A stretch of DNA of 63,923 nt, the filler included, from Hausera hauseri (taxonomy: Eukaryota): the NCBI GenBank assembly GCA_046269625.1. It is 12 parts of 12 records of this genome, joined end to end, with 100 filler letters (N's around TTAATTAATTAA, not from the genome) between each part and the next. Parts side by side here need not be neighbours in the genome. Positions count along the whole stretch, not along the records: positions 9,822 to 14,232 come from JBJURY010594778.1; positions 14,333 to 22,289 come from JBJURY010849857.1; positions 22,390 to 26,573 come from JBJURY010714548.1; 9 more parts are not named here. One strand, 5' to 3'. The translations under genes were made by a program, and so were the position numbers. The stretch's first letter is position 1. Each line of letters opens with the position of its first letter. Positions 11,183 through 24,520 of the stretch are shown here, piece after piece. The notes under the pieces are model-generated. The model was not told the origin of the DNA, searched no databases, and saw only the letters and a list, made by a program, of their open reading frames with translations.

Positions 11183-13600
11183 TTGAACAAAATTTCCATT
11201 TCTCTCTATGATGCAACACGATTGATATCACCCGAATTTACAGCCAAAACACGGAGGCATAAACGGAGGGTGAAGGACAGAATGAAACATCAGATGGTTG
11301 CCAACGTCAGTGGTACACGATTTGAAACAGTGAAACGAATTTTGGAAACTCTTGGTTTCAAACTGGATGATGACGAATCAAACAAATCCAGTTGCCTGAT
11401 ATGGACTGATAGCATTATATCACAAGAAAAATTGTCGGATTTGAAATCATATCAACGTATCAATCATTTCTTAGGAATGTCGGAAATTAGCAGAAAGGAT
11501 TGCTTGGCTAGGAAGTTTGCAAAGATGCAAAAACTGAGACCTGATGACTATGACTATTTTCCAAAGACCTGGATACTTCCTCAGGAAATGAATCTCTTTC
11601 AAAAATATGTCAAAGAAACCAAAGATCCGAAACGGAAGAAATATTTTATTCTTAAACCAGCCAATGGTGCAATGGGATTAGGGATCAAAGTGTTATCTGA
11701 AGACGATCCAAATAAAGTGACGGACCCATCCATTGTTCAAGAATATATTGAACGACCTTTCCTGCTTGATGGGTACAAAAATGATTTACGGATATACGTT
11801 CTAGTTACTTGCTGTGATCCATTATGCGTATTTCTGTTTCGAGAAGGTTTAGTCAGATTAAGTACAGAGAAGTATGTACGACCATCAGATCCTAAATCAG
11901 AATCTGTATTTATTCATTTGACAAATTATTCAGTCAACAAAAAGAACTCAAAGTATGATAAGGGTTTAGACGAGTATACAGGCAGTAAACGATCGTTATC
12001 GGCCTTAATGAATATCCTTAGCCACCAGTATCGTATTGATACTGGTTCGTTAATGAAGCGCAGTGTCGATATGATTGTCAAAACGTTGTTGTTGGTCCAA
12101 CCGCATTTAGTTCACAACTACAGAATGTGTCGAGCAGGCCAGAATCCATTTTCCGATAGTGTCTGTTTCGAAATACTTGGTTTTGATATACTGCTCGATG
12201 AATTCCGACGTCCATGGTTGCTTAAAGTTAATCGATCACCAAGTTTCGGTATGGATGAAGCTCTCGACAGAAAAGTTAAGGGGGATTTGCTAACAGACAC
12301 AGTGAGACTTGTTAATATTCGAACATCAGACAAAGAGAGGTCGGAAAATTTTGAGAAAAAGAGAACTGCAAAGAGGCTTACTCTCGCAGCTGCACGGACA
12401 AAAATAGATACACAACTTGATCAAGAATCTTTGAAAAAGCGTAGAGAAATCGATAAAAAGAAGCAAAAATTGATCGATTTGCTAGGAAAACTAAAATATA
12501 ATTCTGCCAGAGAGTATGTTGAAAAGCGTCATTCTGGAAATTTTATTCGAATATTTCCTACAGATGATAAGGTTGCCTTCGACCATTATGGCGAAATACT
12601 TGTCGATAGTTTCACGTTGTTTAACCAGCTCAATAATCAGTCAGCACAGATTGATGCAAATCAGGCTGTTCAACAAATGATACAGTGTCTTATTCAGAAT
12701 CATTATAAGGAAGATATTTTGGAAAAAATACGGGCATGTGAAAAGGACGAAAATCGCATTCTGGAAAAATATGGATTTTCACCAAATTCAGAACAAACAA
12801 CAATTTTACCGGAATTCTATGACACATCATCCGATGATGAGTCATCGTCGTCAGATGAGCCTGAAAGTCTGCATACAAAATCAAGTTATTCTCGCATTGA
12901 TGTTACCAAAGATTCTCATAAAAATACGGTAGAACCAAAGCGCGTAGCATCGTCTGCATCTCTTACTATCATTTGACAGTCACAAAGACATCCAAAATCA
13001 ACTGTATCTGAAAACAAAGAAAAAAAGAAGCCAGATTCCAAATCCAATATAGGCCACCAAATCTCCTCAACAACCTGTGAAGATTCATATTTCGAAGCCT
13101 ACGTAAAAGACGATGATTATAACTCAACCAAGTCCCAACGAAATGTATACATAATGACAAAGAATTAAAATGAAAAAGTTAGAAAAACTCAATTTTCTGA
13201 ATCATCTTTGCACGATGAATTACTAAAAATTGTTCTAGCAGCATAAAAGAATCTCAATATGAGATACTCTGCTCAGTTTGAAGAAAAGACAAAAGCACTG
13301 CTACCCCAGATTCAAAATAGTTGGGATTCTTATCGTTAATCAGTTCTTACGTATAGGCTTGTAACATTGAATTCCAGAAAACGACAAAAAAAAATTCAAC
13401 AGTCAAAATAACGTCGAGGCAATTATTAAAGAAAATTTTCAATATACTAATGATCTAAATGCTGTACGATTAAACCTATTGTTAAAAAAAATTTATAGTC
13501 ATCTGTTGTGAAATCTTGGTCACGGCTTGATTCAATGCTTTTCTAATTGTAAATCGTGGCAATTGATTTTTTTTGTTGTGAAGATCAAATTAAAGCATTG
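11183..13600 (+). pseudogene. TTLL7: Tubulin polyglutamylase TTLL7-like. Long intronless ORF to 12976, then a frameshifted C-terminal remnant
   Basis: YQRINHF.GM.EI.RKD.LAR, FPKTWILP, KPANGAMG.GI, DLRIYVLVT.CDPL, HLTNYSVNK, YRMCRAGQ...SVCFEILGFDILLD, NIRTSDK. Catalytic ExN is read as KVN. Downstream remnant NLGHGLIQCF near 13520. Confidence 0.85.
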
Positions 13601-14332
13601 GAAATGGATATTTGTATTCGAGTTGTACCAACTTTCAATGAATGCCGGTGAAGACATAGTCAGAATCCGATAAACAGATCTTTTATGAATATTCCCGAGA
13701 TTAATTTTTCTGAAGTTACAGAACTTGTATGTTAACTGATCTGTTACATATTTCACTACCTGGATATTTATACATCTTTTCTTATCTGTACATAAAAGAC
13801 GTTTTGTGTAAAATTGGTAAAACTATTTTCCATATATTTTTTTCTTGATTTGGAAGTCGTAAGTTGTGACCTGACTACGTTATTGTTTTAATAATACACT
13901 TTGCATTTTGAACTTAATTTGAATTTTTCAGCCATATTTTTTCAACATTTGATATTTCAATTTGATTTGACTAGCTTACGCCATATTTTTTTCTTCGAAG
14001 AAATCGTCTTTTGCTATTATCAATTTTAACTCACTATCCATTTTTTTAAGAATTTATGTCTCAATTTTGCAGTATTTTATATCAAATCATTTATCGGATT
14101 TAGTCGATTTGTTGCGTGCATATAAGCACAACTGAAAATTTCGAATTATTTATTCGACTACCATATTCATTTTGATCAAATGATTTTAGTAACCGAATTC
14201 GAAATAGAAGGAAAATTTCTGTACATTACCAGNNNNNNNNNNNNNNNNNNNNNNNNNNNNNNNNNNNNNNNNNNNNTTAATTAATTAANNNNNNNNNNNN
14301 NNNNNNNNNNNNNNNNNNNNNNNNNNNNNNNN

Positions 14333-15675
14333 AATGTGGAATTTGTTATGAGTCATACGAAAAGAAAAATTATCTCATTATGAATCCATGTAAACATTCG
14401 ATTTGTGAAGTGTGTTTCCAATCAATATTTGAAGGTTACTTAGTGTGTCCATTTGATAGACAAAATGTAGAGCAACTAACGAACAAATTCCATCACGTCA
14501 CTGACATGAACCAATTGACATTTGGTTACTTACAAAATAAGTACAAGGGGGATACAGAACAAGTTGGGAAATGTATCAGATATTTCGAAGAGCTAATTTT
14601 GAGTACAAAAAATGTATCGAATAATCATGCCCATCGGCAAAAGTGGGAACAGCAAAAATTGTTCAAAAATGAAATATTTTCCGAATCATCGAACCAAATG
14701 AATTTGGATTTTTTACGTTCAATATTCGCATTTCGTGGCAAACCAAAATCAGAAGGTCAAAATAAACACTACGTCACAGTTTACACTTTGCATCAATTAA
14801 TTTTATTCGCGTCAGAATTTTGTGATTACTTCTCACATCTTTCAGTGATGTTTAATAAGGATCTCTGCAGAGACAATTCGTCGAAATTCGACTCGGAAGA
14901 GCTTAGTCGGGCATTAACTGTAATGAAAATTCTCGTAAATAATGTCACATCAGAAAGTTTGAAGTCAGCATTTTGTCAGTTTTCCCGGGAAATCTGTGGA
15001 TTGTGTGGACATTGTAAAATGGAGAGACCTTCAGATATTTTGATACGGGAGTGTGATGAGTGCATTGCAGTATCTGATGATGAATTTTATGACAAAGGTG
15101 ATGAATATTTCAACTCAGTCGTAAATGAGTATCTACAGAATATAAGGGATAGCATTGCTATGGCAATAAATGGTTTCATAGACAAGACGAATGTTGATGA
15201 GTCCATCGAATGTAATTTAGATGCTGCAGTGAACTTGTTTAGGATCCTTCAATGTGCATATTTGAGTTTTGTTATCGAATGTTATGTCAGCAATTACGTC
15301 AATTTATTACGAGATAATTGCAGGAGGCTGTACCGTCAAAACGTCGGACAACAGAAAATTTCACCATGTGCCAAATTGAACGACATAAAACCAAAATTCC
15401 AAAATCATTTAAATAATTTATTTAATTGTATTCTGATTCTGGAAAGCGGTGATGAACTGGCATCGACTGTGGACAAAATTATGTTAAACTCGGTCAAAAT
15501 TCGTGATCTGCTTACGAAAGATTGAATGATCAACATTGGTGGTGGATTTTGTGAGGAATCTCGTTTTTATGAATACATATTTATTCTTGCTTATGAAGGC
15601 CAAAAATGTTGGGATAAGTGTATTGTTTCGGACGGAGAATGCTTTGAAGGCGACGAAATAGATTTAGAAGACTAA
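14333..15675 (+). CDS. RING-finger protein (C3HC4-like with CPFD), 5' cut by the contig edge. Stop at 15523 with an open in-frame tail to 15675
   Basis: CGICYESY...PCKHSICEVC...CPFDR. The frame continues after TGA as an acidic tail, followed by AATAAA. Confidence 0.7.
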
Positions 15676-15864
15676 ATAAAGGTTTAAAAAATTATAACCA
15701 GTCTTACTGATATTTGATCACAGTAGTATATAAATATTACTGATTCTAATAATTAAAGATATTTTAATGCCATCAAATAAAGTTTGTGTGTTTCAATGCA
15801 TTATCTGTTCAAACTTTGTTAGTGCATGCATGCAAGGGTAAGAAAAATGTGTATGTATCTAAAG

Positions 15865-15890
15865 CAGTGTTTCTCAACGTGAGCGATATC
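15865..15890 (+). mobile_element. hAT-type terminus (MITE remnant)
   Basis: CAGTGTTTCTCAACG..CGATATC resembles the termini of the hAT element at 27424-29771. No convincing partner end. Confidence 0.45.
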
Positions 15891-16798
15891 AAAATTTTTG
15901 GTGGACGATGGAAAAATTTATAGTAAACCAAAGTTTTTACGTATTCGTATTGAACCATATTTAGATAATCGATGTCAGTTTAGCTATTTTTATCAATAAT
16001 ATTTAAAGTATTGTATGTAATTGGCTTTTTCATATGTTTAAATACGAAATGCGATGTCCAATTCCAACTGCTGCTTAGTTATCATCAGTCGTCTATATTT
16101 GACATTTTATTATTGGATGAAAAAATTGAAAATGCAACCCTTTTGGACGATAGTTCAAAGTATAGTGTTTTTAATAAATGAAAATCGGATTAATTGTTTT
16201 ATCAAATGAAAATTTGTGTTTAATAAATGCAATCGACGGTATATCCATATTGCGAAATGAAGAGACTAATGGATATTTATTCAAATATGGAAAATCATTT
16301 GTTAAAGAACGTGGTTCCATACTTTTTCTCTTACTGATGGAAAAATTGTTTGGATTAAAAAAATTAAAAAAAATAGATGATTCAACACGTCTTTCGGGAT
16401 TTGGCTCAAAAATTGTCCGCCCTTGATAACAAAGCATTTAAAACGCCACCATTTAACATTAACCCTATGGCAGTTATGCACAATATCCGACCAAATTTTA
16501 ACCATGAATACAAACGTTTCGATGGGTGATTATTTCATGGAACATAATCCACACATTGATTCAAAAAATGCATAAAAAATTACGATTGGCATACTTTTCG
16601 TTCCTCAGAAAATTGACGGTAAACTTATGGTTAAAAACATATATAACACGCCAGCATATAGTTATAATTATAATCAATATAAATGTATCAATTGTTATAT
16701 TATAAACGTTGTGCAGCATAAGTATTAAATTATCGAGTATGAAAATTAATTGCAGTTATTCTGGTCGTCAAATTAGTGGAAGAAAACGAAAGCTTCAT

Positions 16799-18644
16799 TG
16801 TTGTGCCCACATTCTCCCAATCGGTGATTTGTATATAAAACATTTTTCTTGTTTTAATATTCAATACAAGATTTTGGATTTTGAAAATTATTGAACCTTC
16901 TTAATTCCGATTATTTCATCATTCATCAGAAGCCCACATCTGTACACAGTCGCTGTACAACGGACAGAAGTCCAACATTTTTAATGGTCACGGACCCATT
17001 AGGATCAATCGTTCTGCATCAGCCGGTAGAACCAGGAAGTTCGGAAATTGATTTATTTTTCCATCGACGATGCATCGGACATGCCTAATGCTACTTCTGT
17101 CGATTCGACCAATAACGAAAAATCTAAATCATCACATGACTCAGAAAAAAACAAGCAAATCAAACTATTTGCATTATCGCGAATCCCACAAACATTCTCG
17201 GGAATCCGATTGTGATGACAACAATTCGTCTTTCGATCGACCACAGAATAAATTGAAAAAAATCAACGATTGTTCCAACTTCATCAAAGTATGACTGTAA
17301 AACCAATTCAATAATATTGTGCCCAACAAGAATTCTTAAATACTCTCTTTTGTTTTCCCATTTGTTGTTATTCGTTATGTAATCGCCGACGAATTGACAA
17401 AGTTTTGATGTTTTTTATCTCATCGTGTCGTAGTACCTCATCAGGACCACAACAATCCAAATTCGTGTACCCATGTTCAAGTATTTACAATGTTCTACCA
17501 AAGTGAAATTATTTGGCCTATATCCTCGGACTAATACCTGACATTTGATGACCATTTTACTCAGCAAGAAAATATATATATTGTAGCCATACCGACAATG
17601 CCGCTTATTTTATCAAAACCTAATTCAAATCGGCTCAATTCAACATCAGCACACATGGCTTTGCTTTACGATTCTGAAATGGGCGAGACATCTTTCAGTT
17701 TTAATCACAGACATCATCTGATGTCCCCTGAAAGTAGAATATTCTATGATAATCAGTCATCAGCATTTTACTTATATACAAAATCGTTATTTGATAATAG
17801 ACAAAACTGTGATTTCTCCAGATCCTAATTTCATAACAACGTTATCTCCAAGACACTGTAAAATTGAACCTACCAAAGCAACGCATTTAGAAAATGTTAT
17901 TCAGTCTCCATTGGGAAATTTGAAGACCACTTTTTGTGTTATCTTTAATCGAAGATGATAATGTTTTGTATAAAGACGATGCCAATAATCTGCAAATATA
18001 GTGATATTGAATTTTTTTTGAAATTTGAAATAATAAATTCTTGTGTTAACGCATTATTCCTGTGGTTCATTTTTATACTTTGATTATGGAATTACAATTA
18101 AATTGACACAAAAGTTCACTGGATCCGAACAATACGTTGAATTATCATAATAACAACAAGATATCTTGTGAACAGCTGAGCAACATTCCGTCTGTCAGAG
18201 CAGTTGAGTCGAATTTGGACGCAAAAATACTATCCATTGGAGTGAGAAATCCTAACAGAAACAATTCCTGCTCACTTGCCTCGCTCGTTAAACAGAATCT
18301 GAATTCGACCAGTGTTTTATGTATTGATTGTCGAATACCGAGTAATGCAAAAAGGATTATAGCGATTCCAAAAGAACCCGAGTTCGCCCATTTGCCATTT
18401 ACATCGGTGTATAACGGAAATATGATCAGTCATCAGGTTTCAGAAATCTGGTTACCAGAAGACCTTCGGTGCATCCCTCCTGGCAATACCAACCTTGCCA
18501 CGGGATGGGGGTAATGTGGTGCTCACATTCACCCAATCGGTGATTTGTATATCAAACATTTTTCTTGTTTTAATATTAAATACAAGATTTTGTATTTTGA
18601 AAATTATTGAACCTTCTTAATTCCGATTATTTCATCATTCATCA
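16799..18644 (+). mobile_element. Non-autonomous LTR element (TRIM-like) with 130-bp LTRs and unidentified internal cargo
   Basis: Direct repeats 16799-16928 and 18515-18644, TG...CA, about 6 mismatches by eye. Purine-rich GGGATGGGGGTAA immediately precedes the second copy. No gag/pol motifs seen inside and no clear TSD. Confidence 0.75.
18502..18514 (+). promoter_or_regulatory. Polypurine tract (PPT)
   Basis: GGGATGGGGGTAA abuts the TGT of the 3' LTR and is preceded by the hairpin TGGCAA-8nt-TTGCCA. Confidence 0.6.
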
Positions 18645-19194
18645 AGAAAACAAAATGACACATATTTACATTCATGAAATAAGTTTACAGCTGCTGACAT
18701 GTCATCGTGCCCAAAAGAATATTAACGCAAATAATTTATTACAGATGATGTCTTCTGTGAGAAATGTGCCTTAAGAGGTCAGACATAGGGAAAAAGCAGA
18801 AAAATGTTTAAATGTGAAGCAACATAGAACTCCTTGTCAAGGCAAATTCCAAAGATCGTTTCAAACTTTGACTGTATTGAAGAGAAGCAGTTTAAGTCAT
18901 TCACCGGTCTAATTCCAACATGGCCGTTTAACGCAATTACAATCGTCGTAATTTTCACTATAATTAGGGTGTCAGATAGGGCAATTTGGGATCATGTTAA
19001 CAGTGGCAACATTTAGAGGATTGAAAATGGGTGTTAACTTTTTAATTGTGCCAGACAAGGTAAATTTTGAATTGCATCTATTTTCAGTTAATGGGGAATT
19101 TTGTCTGGTCTGTAATTTATTTATAAATATAATCATAGTAAAGAGACAACAAAAACAAAGACAAAGGTATGAAAATTATATCATTGTTGAATAT

Positions 19195-20262
19195 TAAACA
19201 CATTTGCTAAATCGACTGTTTGTTGTCGTCTGTGACGTCGTCGTTCACACCGTGGACAAGTCATTGCTAGAATAGCAGCAAGAACTGTACTAGTACCACC
19301 AGTTGTTGTCATTTTTTGACAACACCTAAATATGTTATTTCAAAATGTACAGTGAGACTGTGCCGATCATAGTTAGCTGCATGTAAGGATGCACATCTAT
19401 AGTACATGGAAATAAGTACGTAAGGAGACACTTGTAAGATTTTGCATTTCTTATCTTTAGAACAATTTGTAATCTGTAGTACTGTAATTATGTCACACTG
19501 TAAATACTCTTCTTTGATTAGTTTGTATTGATGTGGATTGATTGGATTGAAAATTACTATTTCTGCATTTCGAACTCACCTCCTTGAAAGTGCGATTGAC
19601 GAAATACTCAAACTTCGGCCAAATACAATAGGAAAGTCTGTAATGAACAAATTGAACGATGAATTGGTTCATTTCTGATGTGTTAGGATTTGTTATTGAA
19701 CATTCGATTAGAATTTGACTTTATTCATTTTGATTTGAAGTTACAGTTCAGACATTACAGACTATGACAATGTGAATATTGATATTATGATTAATAAACG
19801 TATGTACATAAAGGTCTGACTAACTCCACACTCATCCAACGCACCAATTCGATGATTCATCATGAATCCACCGCCGTAACTTCTACGGTTACGCCATTCC
19901 CATGCTTCATCATCAACGGCATTGCGACTGCCTTGTCGAATAAAATTAACGAGACTCTCTTCTCGTCTTTGTTTACTGTCCTTACTGCAGCCGATACTGC
20001 CCATAATTCAATTATAATCGTTGCCATAACGTAATTTCCATATGGACAAATGATGAGGTAAAATACTGTCATCAACTGTATATGTTGTGGTCCAATTGAC
20101 TCATAAATATTATCCGTCAATTCTTCAATTAGTCCGCTGATTGTTGGACACGACTGTGATGATCCCATACCTCCATGTGACCACAATCCTACATCGAAAT
20201 TCCCCGTTGACTCATTCACTTCTTCTGCTGATGAAACGCACGACATAATTGGTGACGATGTC
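19195..20262 (-). pseudogene. Possible claudin/PMP22-like membrane protein exons
   Basis: GLW...C motif and hydrophobic stretches in ORF 19860-20246, a later segment GGTSTVLAAILAMTC, and AG acceptor-like sites. Weak. Confidence 0.25.
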
Positions 20263-22389
20263 TACAATAATATTCCAATTTATCCAAATAACAATTACTG
20301 AACATTTTTTATAAAATCACGCAAACTGATAAACTATTCAAATTTCCCGCATACATTTCTGAAAATTAAAACAATTCTCCAATATACAAAAATGAAATTT
20401 CTTAATTTTGATAAAAAAGAAATTGCACAATCGTGAGAAAAATTGGTATTTTCAATTTCTGATAAATTTTAAAAGAAAACGAAATATTTATATCTCTCAC
20501 AAATACGTGAATTTAATTCTCGAACAGAAACTTTTCTCATCGTCTTTAATTTTACACAAACATGTCGACGAAAATAAAATTTTTTGCTAATACATATTTC
20601 TGATAAAACCCCACAAAGTTCAATTATGTTAACCAATATAATTTAATTTTAGTATATTCAGCTTCGCTGCAGGAAGGTCTTGAACCGATGTCTGAGAAAT
20701 TTCTAAAGAAACTTTTCTCATAATATTGTTTGTCACACAAACACATTTCGTTATGACGATCAAACTCATTTTATAATAGTAGATAAATTCAACATATCAT
20801 GATAATTCAGTTACTAAAACCATTGAATGATATTTTATTTTATTTCCATTTTCTATATGTTGTAATCGTCTTTATTTAAATGTCTTTCGTACTTTAAAAA
20901 CCTGATTGCTATTGACAAAATTAGCAGTAGTAAATTTTTATATTTCATTAAAAATGGCTTTCAAATTATTTCTATGTAAAATTTTAGTTCTTTGTTTTTT
21001 GGCCACCAGCTGAAGTGTAAGCACATGACTAAAATTGATTATATTAGAAGGTTTATTTATGAGTTGTACTTGTTATCTTAATAATGACACATCTAACATT
21101 TTATGCCACTCGAATATCGTCAAGAATTGGGATTGTCGAACATGAATATTGTGTATACTGTATGTATCGTTTTAGGTTTATTATGTTAATCGTATGAAAT
21201 TGTTGTGTTATTGAATAAATGTACAGGGTGTAACATACAGACATATTCATAGATGAAAGGTATAAAAGGCTATACGTTATAACCATTTTATTGATGTTTT
21301 TATTGATTTTATTGCTTATTATATGTACATAGTATTAGCATTTTGTGAAGGGCAAACAAGTCAATATTTTGCGTATGCTCCTCTTGCTTCTGTAACTGCA
21401 GCAAGACATCTGAGATATGATCGTAGGAGACTTTCAAATAACTAGGTATCATATGCCATTCCATATAAATCTTCATTCATATTACTTCTTACTGTTGCAA
21501 TGCTGTAACGATTTGGTCTTGTTTTGTTATGCATTCTCGATTCTCCTCTATCTTTGATAATAACACCAACATTTTCACATGGTTCGATATCTGGTGAGTT
21601 TCCAGGGCACTCATTATTTCCAAAAAATCAGTAGCGTTATCTCGAAGCAACTGTTGAGTCGTTAGAGCATTGAAACACAGTGCCTTATCATGAACTAATG
21701 TAACCTGATTCAGGTCAATGAGATTGTGATCGGTTTTCATGAATGCAATGAGGTTTAGTTTGAGAATTGTTTCACAAAAGAATTTCATTTATGCTAAGTG
21801 CCCACATTCTATCATTTTGTCTATAAACTTTCTGAAACACCCAAATAAAAAACTCGTGCATAAAATCATCTTCGTCCCATTCACGCGGGTATTCAGTAAA
21901 CCATAATCGATTTTTACGATGTCCGGCTGTTTTAAAAGGAATTTAATAACATGGAATGGCGGTACTTTTGTGTTATCTTACCCCCAAAGAAATGTATTGA
22001 TGACTGTGAAGTGGAAACTCGATTGATGAAATTTAAATTGTATATTAATTGTTAACATAATTTGAATATTATAAAAATGCCGTTCAGTTAAATGAACGCC
22101 AACAAAAACAAATAATGCAATCCAAAGAAATCATTAAACGATCAAATCACCAACAAGACGAAGGAGAACACGTTTTTCATGTACAACATGACTTGGAAAT
22201 AAATGGTATTAGACAGACTCCGCGTTTCGTCCCATATCTCAACTCTAACATGGCTGACCTACCCCAGTTAGAACAGAGAAACCTGGAAANNNNNNNNNNN
22301 NNNNNNNNNNNNNNNNNNNNNNNNNNNNNNNNNTTAATTAATTAANNNNNNNNNNNNNNNNNNNNNNNNNNNNNNNNNNNNNNNNNNNN

Positions 22390-24520
22390 TTGGACGAAGT
22401 TGAAGGAAGAATCACCCAAATAGAGCAAAAGGTGAATGATAATAGTATGGGTTTAAATGAATTGGACGAGAAAACTGATCAACTTGCACAAGAAGTTGGC
22501 AACTATTCTAGACAACAAACTATTCGACAGCAAACTATTGATAACATAGCCAAATTATATAGAAATAGAGAACAGATAGACAATAATGAAAGACAAGTAA
22601 GGCAAAGGTTAAACGATATGCAAAATCAAGTAACAGTTATAGTAAACGAACAGGAACAAATTCAAGAAGGAAATAATTGTACTAGAAATTAAAGAGACGT
22701 TGATGCGAGATATAGATCGATTGAATGAACGTCTCGAGCAAGTAAGGACAGAGAAAGTAATAACCCGACGACAGGAAGAAGTACACACACCTGAATTCTC
22801 AGTAGAGGTAGGTTCAATGTCTTGCGAAACCTCTGACATCGATAGCGGCAACATGGAGCCACAGGGGGATAATCAAGAGCCATTGGCTCACCAAAACAGA
22901 TATAACTGTGACCCTAAAAATAATAATGTCACATATGATTACAATGAAGCACGAAGAGAAGAGAAATATCAGACACTTCTCCGTCTTCACACGTATGAAG
23001 GACGAGTATCGGACTTGGAAGACTTCTTGGATGAATATGATTCTCTGGCTACAGACATGCATTGGAGTGACGCGAAGAAAATATCACTTCTACCAGTACA
23101 TGTGAATAATGATTTAAGAATGGCAATAACGCGTCTACCCCTACGAGTAAACGAAACTTGGTTGCAACATAGAGAAAGGATTTTACAAAACCAGCAGGTC
23201 AATATCCAAGAGAACCGATATTTGAAATTCCAAAATTGTAAGCAGAAACCTAATGAAGAAGTGTTGACTTATATAAATAGATTTAAAACAGCAATGACTA
23301 GATATTTTGGTCATAAAGCAAATGCTTTTAGTGCAATGATCATGAAGCAATTTGTACTTGGACTTTTACCACCTTTAAAAGAAGGAGTTAAGTTTCATAC
23401 TGCCACAAATATTAAAGAATTGATAAATTACACTCGAAAAATGGCAACACGGATAGATGAGACACCGTTATGGGCTAACCAAACGCAAATAGCAGCAGTT
23501 ACTACGACACCATTACTAGTTAGACCAGACGTATCAAACCGTAGTAATTCACCCTGGAGAAACTCTTCAAGAAGCCAAAGTCCTAATAGTCAAAATACTA
23601 ATACCCCCCAGCGAAGTAATACCCCGGAGAGAGGAAATTTTAGCCAGTCATCCAGAAACTATAATCAAAGAAACACACAACATCAGCAAAATAGGGGAAA
23701 CTATGATGATCGACAGCGAAACGATAATAGATACGATAGAAAACGAGGCTTTTCGTGAGACAGAAACGATAACAGAAGTCGATTTCCTAGTAGAGAAAGA
23801 TATAGCAACGATCGAAACTTTGGGCGTTACGAGGATAGAAACCTTTATTATAAACGAGATGATAGTCGAACACAATATCTACGGGATGATAATCGAGCAC
23901 GATATCCACGAGACGATAGTCGAACAGGATACTCAAATAATCGATGGGAAGAGGTAAGATCTAACTATCCTAATGATAGGCGAAGTGAGAGCCGCGAAAG
24001 GTTTAGAAGAGAGGATAGCCGTGAAAGATATAATAATTTTAATAGAAACGATAATAGAGAAAGAGATAATCGACGGGGTGATAGTATAGAAAGATATAGT
24101 CCTAGAAACGATAATCAAACTAGTTATAATGACTCAAGATTAGGCAACCACGACAGAAGACGCGACTACACTCCACTTCGACGAGAAACGGATAGGTATA
24201 ATAGAAATCCTAGCCCATACCCTTCAAGAGACAGAAACCGAACTCCTTCCCCAGGACCAAATGGTAATAATAATAAATATACTCGATCGTCAGACTACAA
24301 TTTTAGACGAAATGAAACATCATCAAATAGGAGCGTTTCTCCGTATAGGTATGATAGGAATTCGACGTCACAATATTCCAATAATTTCAATGAGCGAAAA
24401 TCGGATTCGACAATACCATCTTATAGTAGTCCTACGAAAGAAAAAGGAAATTTGTCAGATAATAGAAAAAATAATAACGACGAAAGAAATGCCTCGCCTC
24501 GTCGTTCAGTAACTTTTAAT
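22390..24520 (+). pseudogene. Retrotransposon Gag: coiled coil, capsid-like core, long Arg/Asp/Asn/Ser-rich tail
   Basis: YEGR..DLEDFLDEYD.LA....WSD..KI..L, Q..NE.V..Y..RF and QFV.GL.P are Gypsy Gag core motifs. The low-complexity tail is broken by stops and frameshifts. Confidence 0.8.

Noticed and set aside
21797-21812. GTGCCCACATTC match to the mini-LTR start (also TTCACCCAATC near 48080)
   Set aside because: Only 11-12 bp with no extension; could be chance.
21300-21980. Minus-strand coding-like remnant (ORF 21489-21788)
   Set aside because: No recognisable family; cannot be supported beyond being a possible pseudogene.
22115-22692. ORF 22115 continuing across the linker into the Gag coiled coil, with a possible LTR end TTAACA near 22056
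   Set aside because: Plausible, but it crosses an artificial join and no PBS or LTR could be confirmed.
23703-24512. Ile/Glu/Thr-rich ORFs and antisense Ile/Ser-rich ORFs
   Set aside because: Alternate-frame shadows of the RD/N-rich Gag tail.
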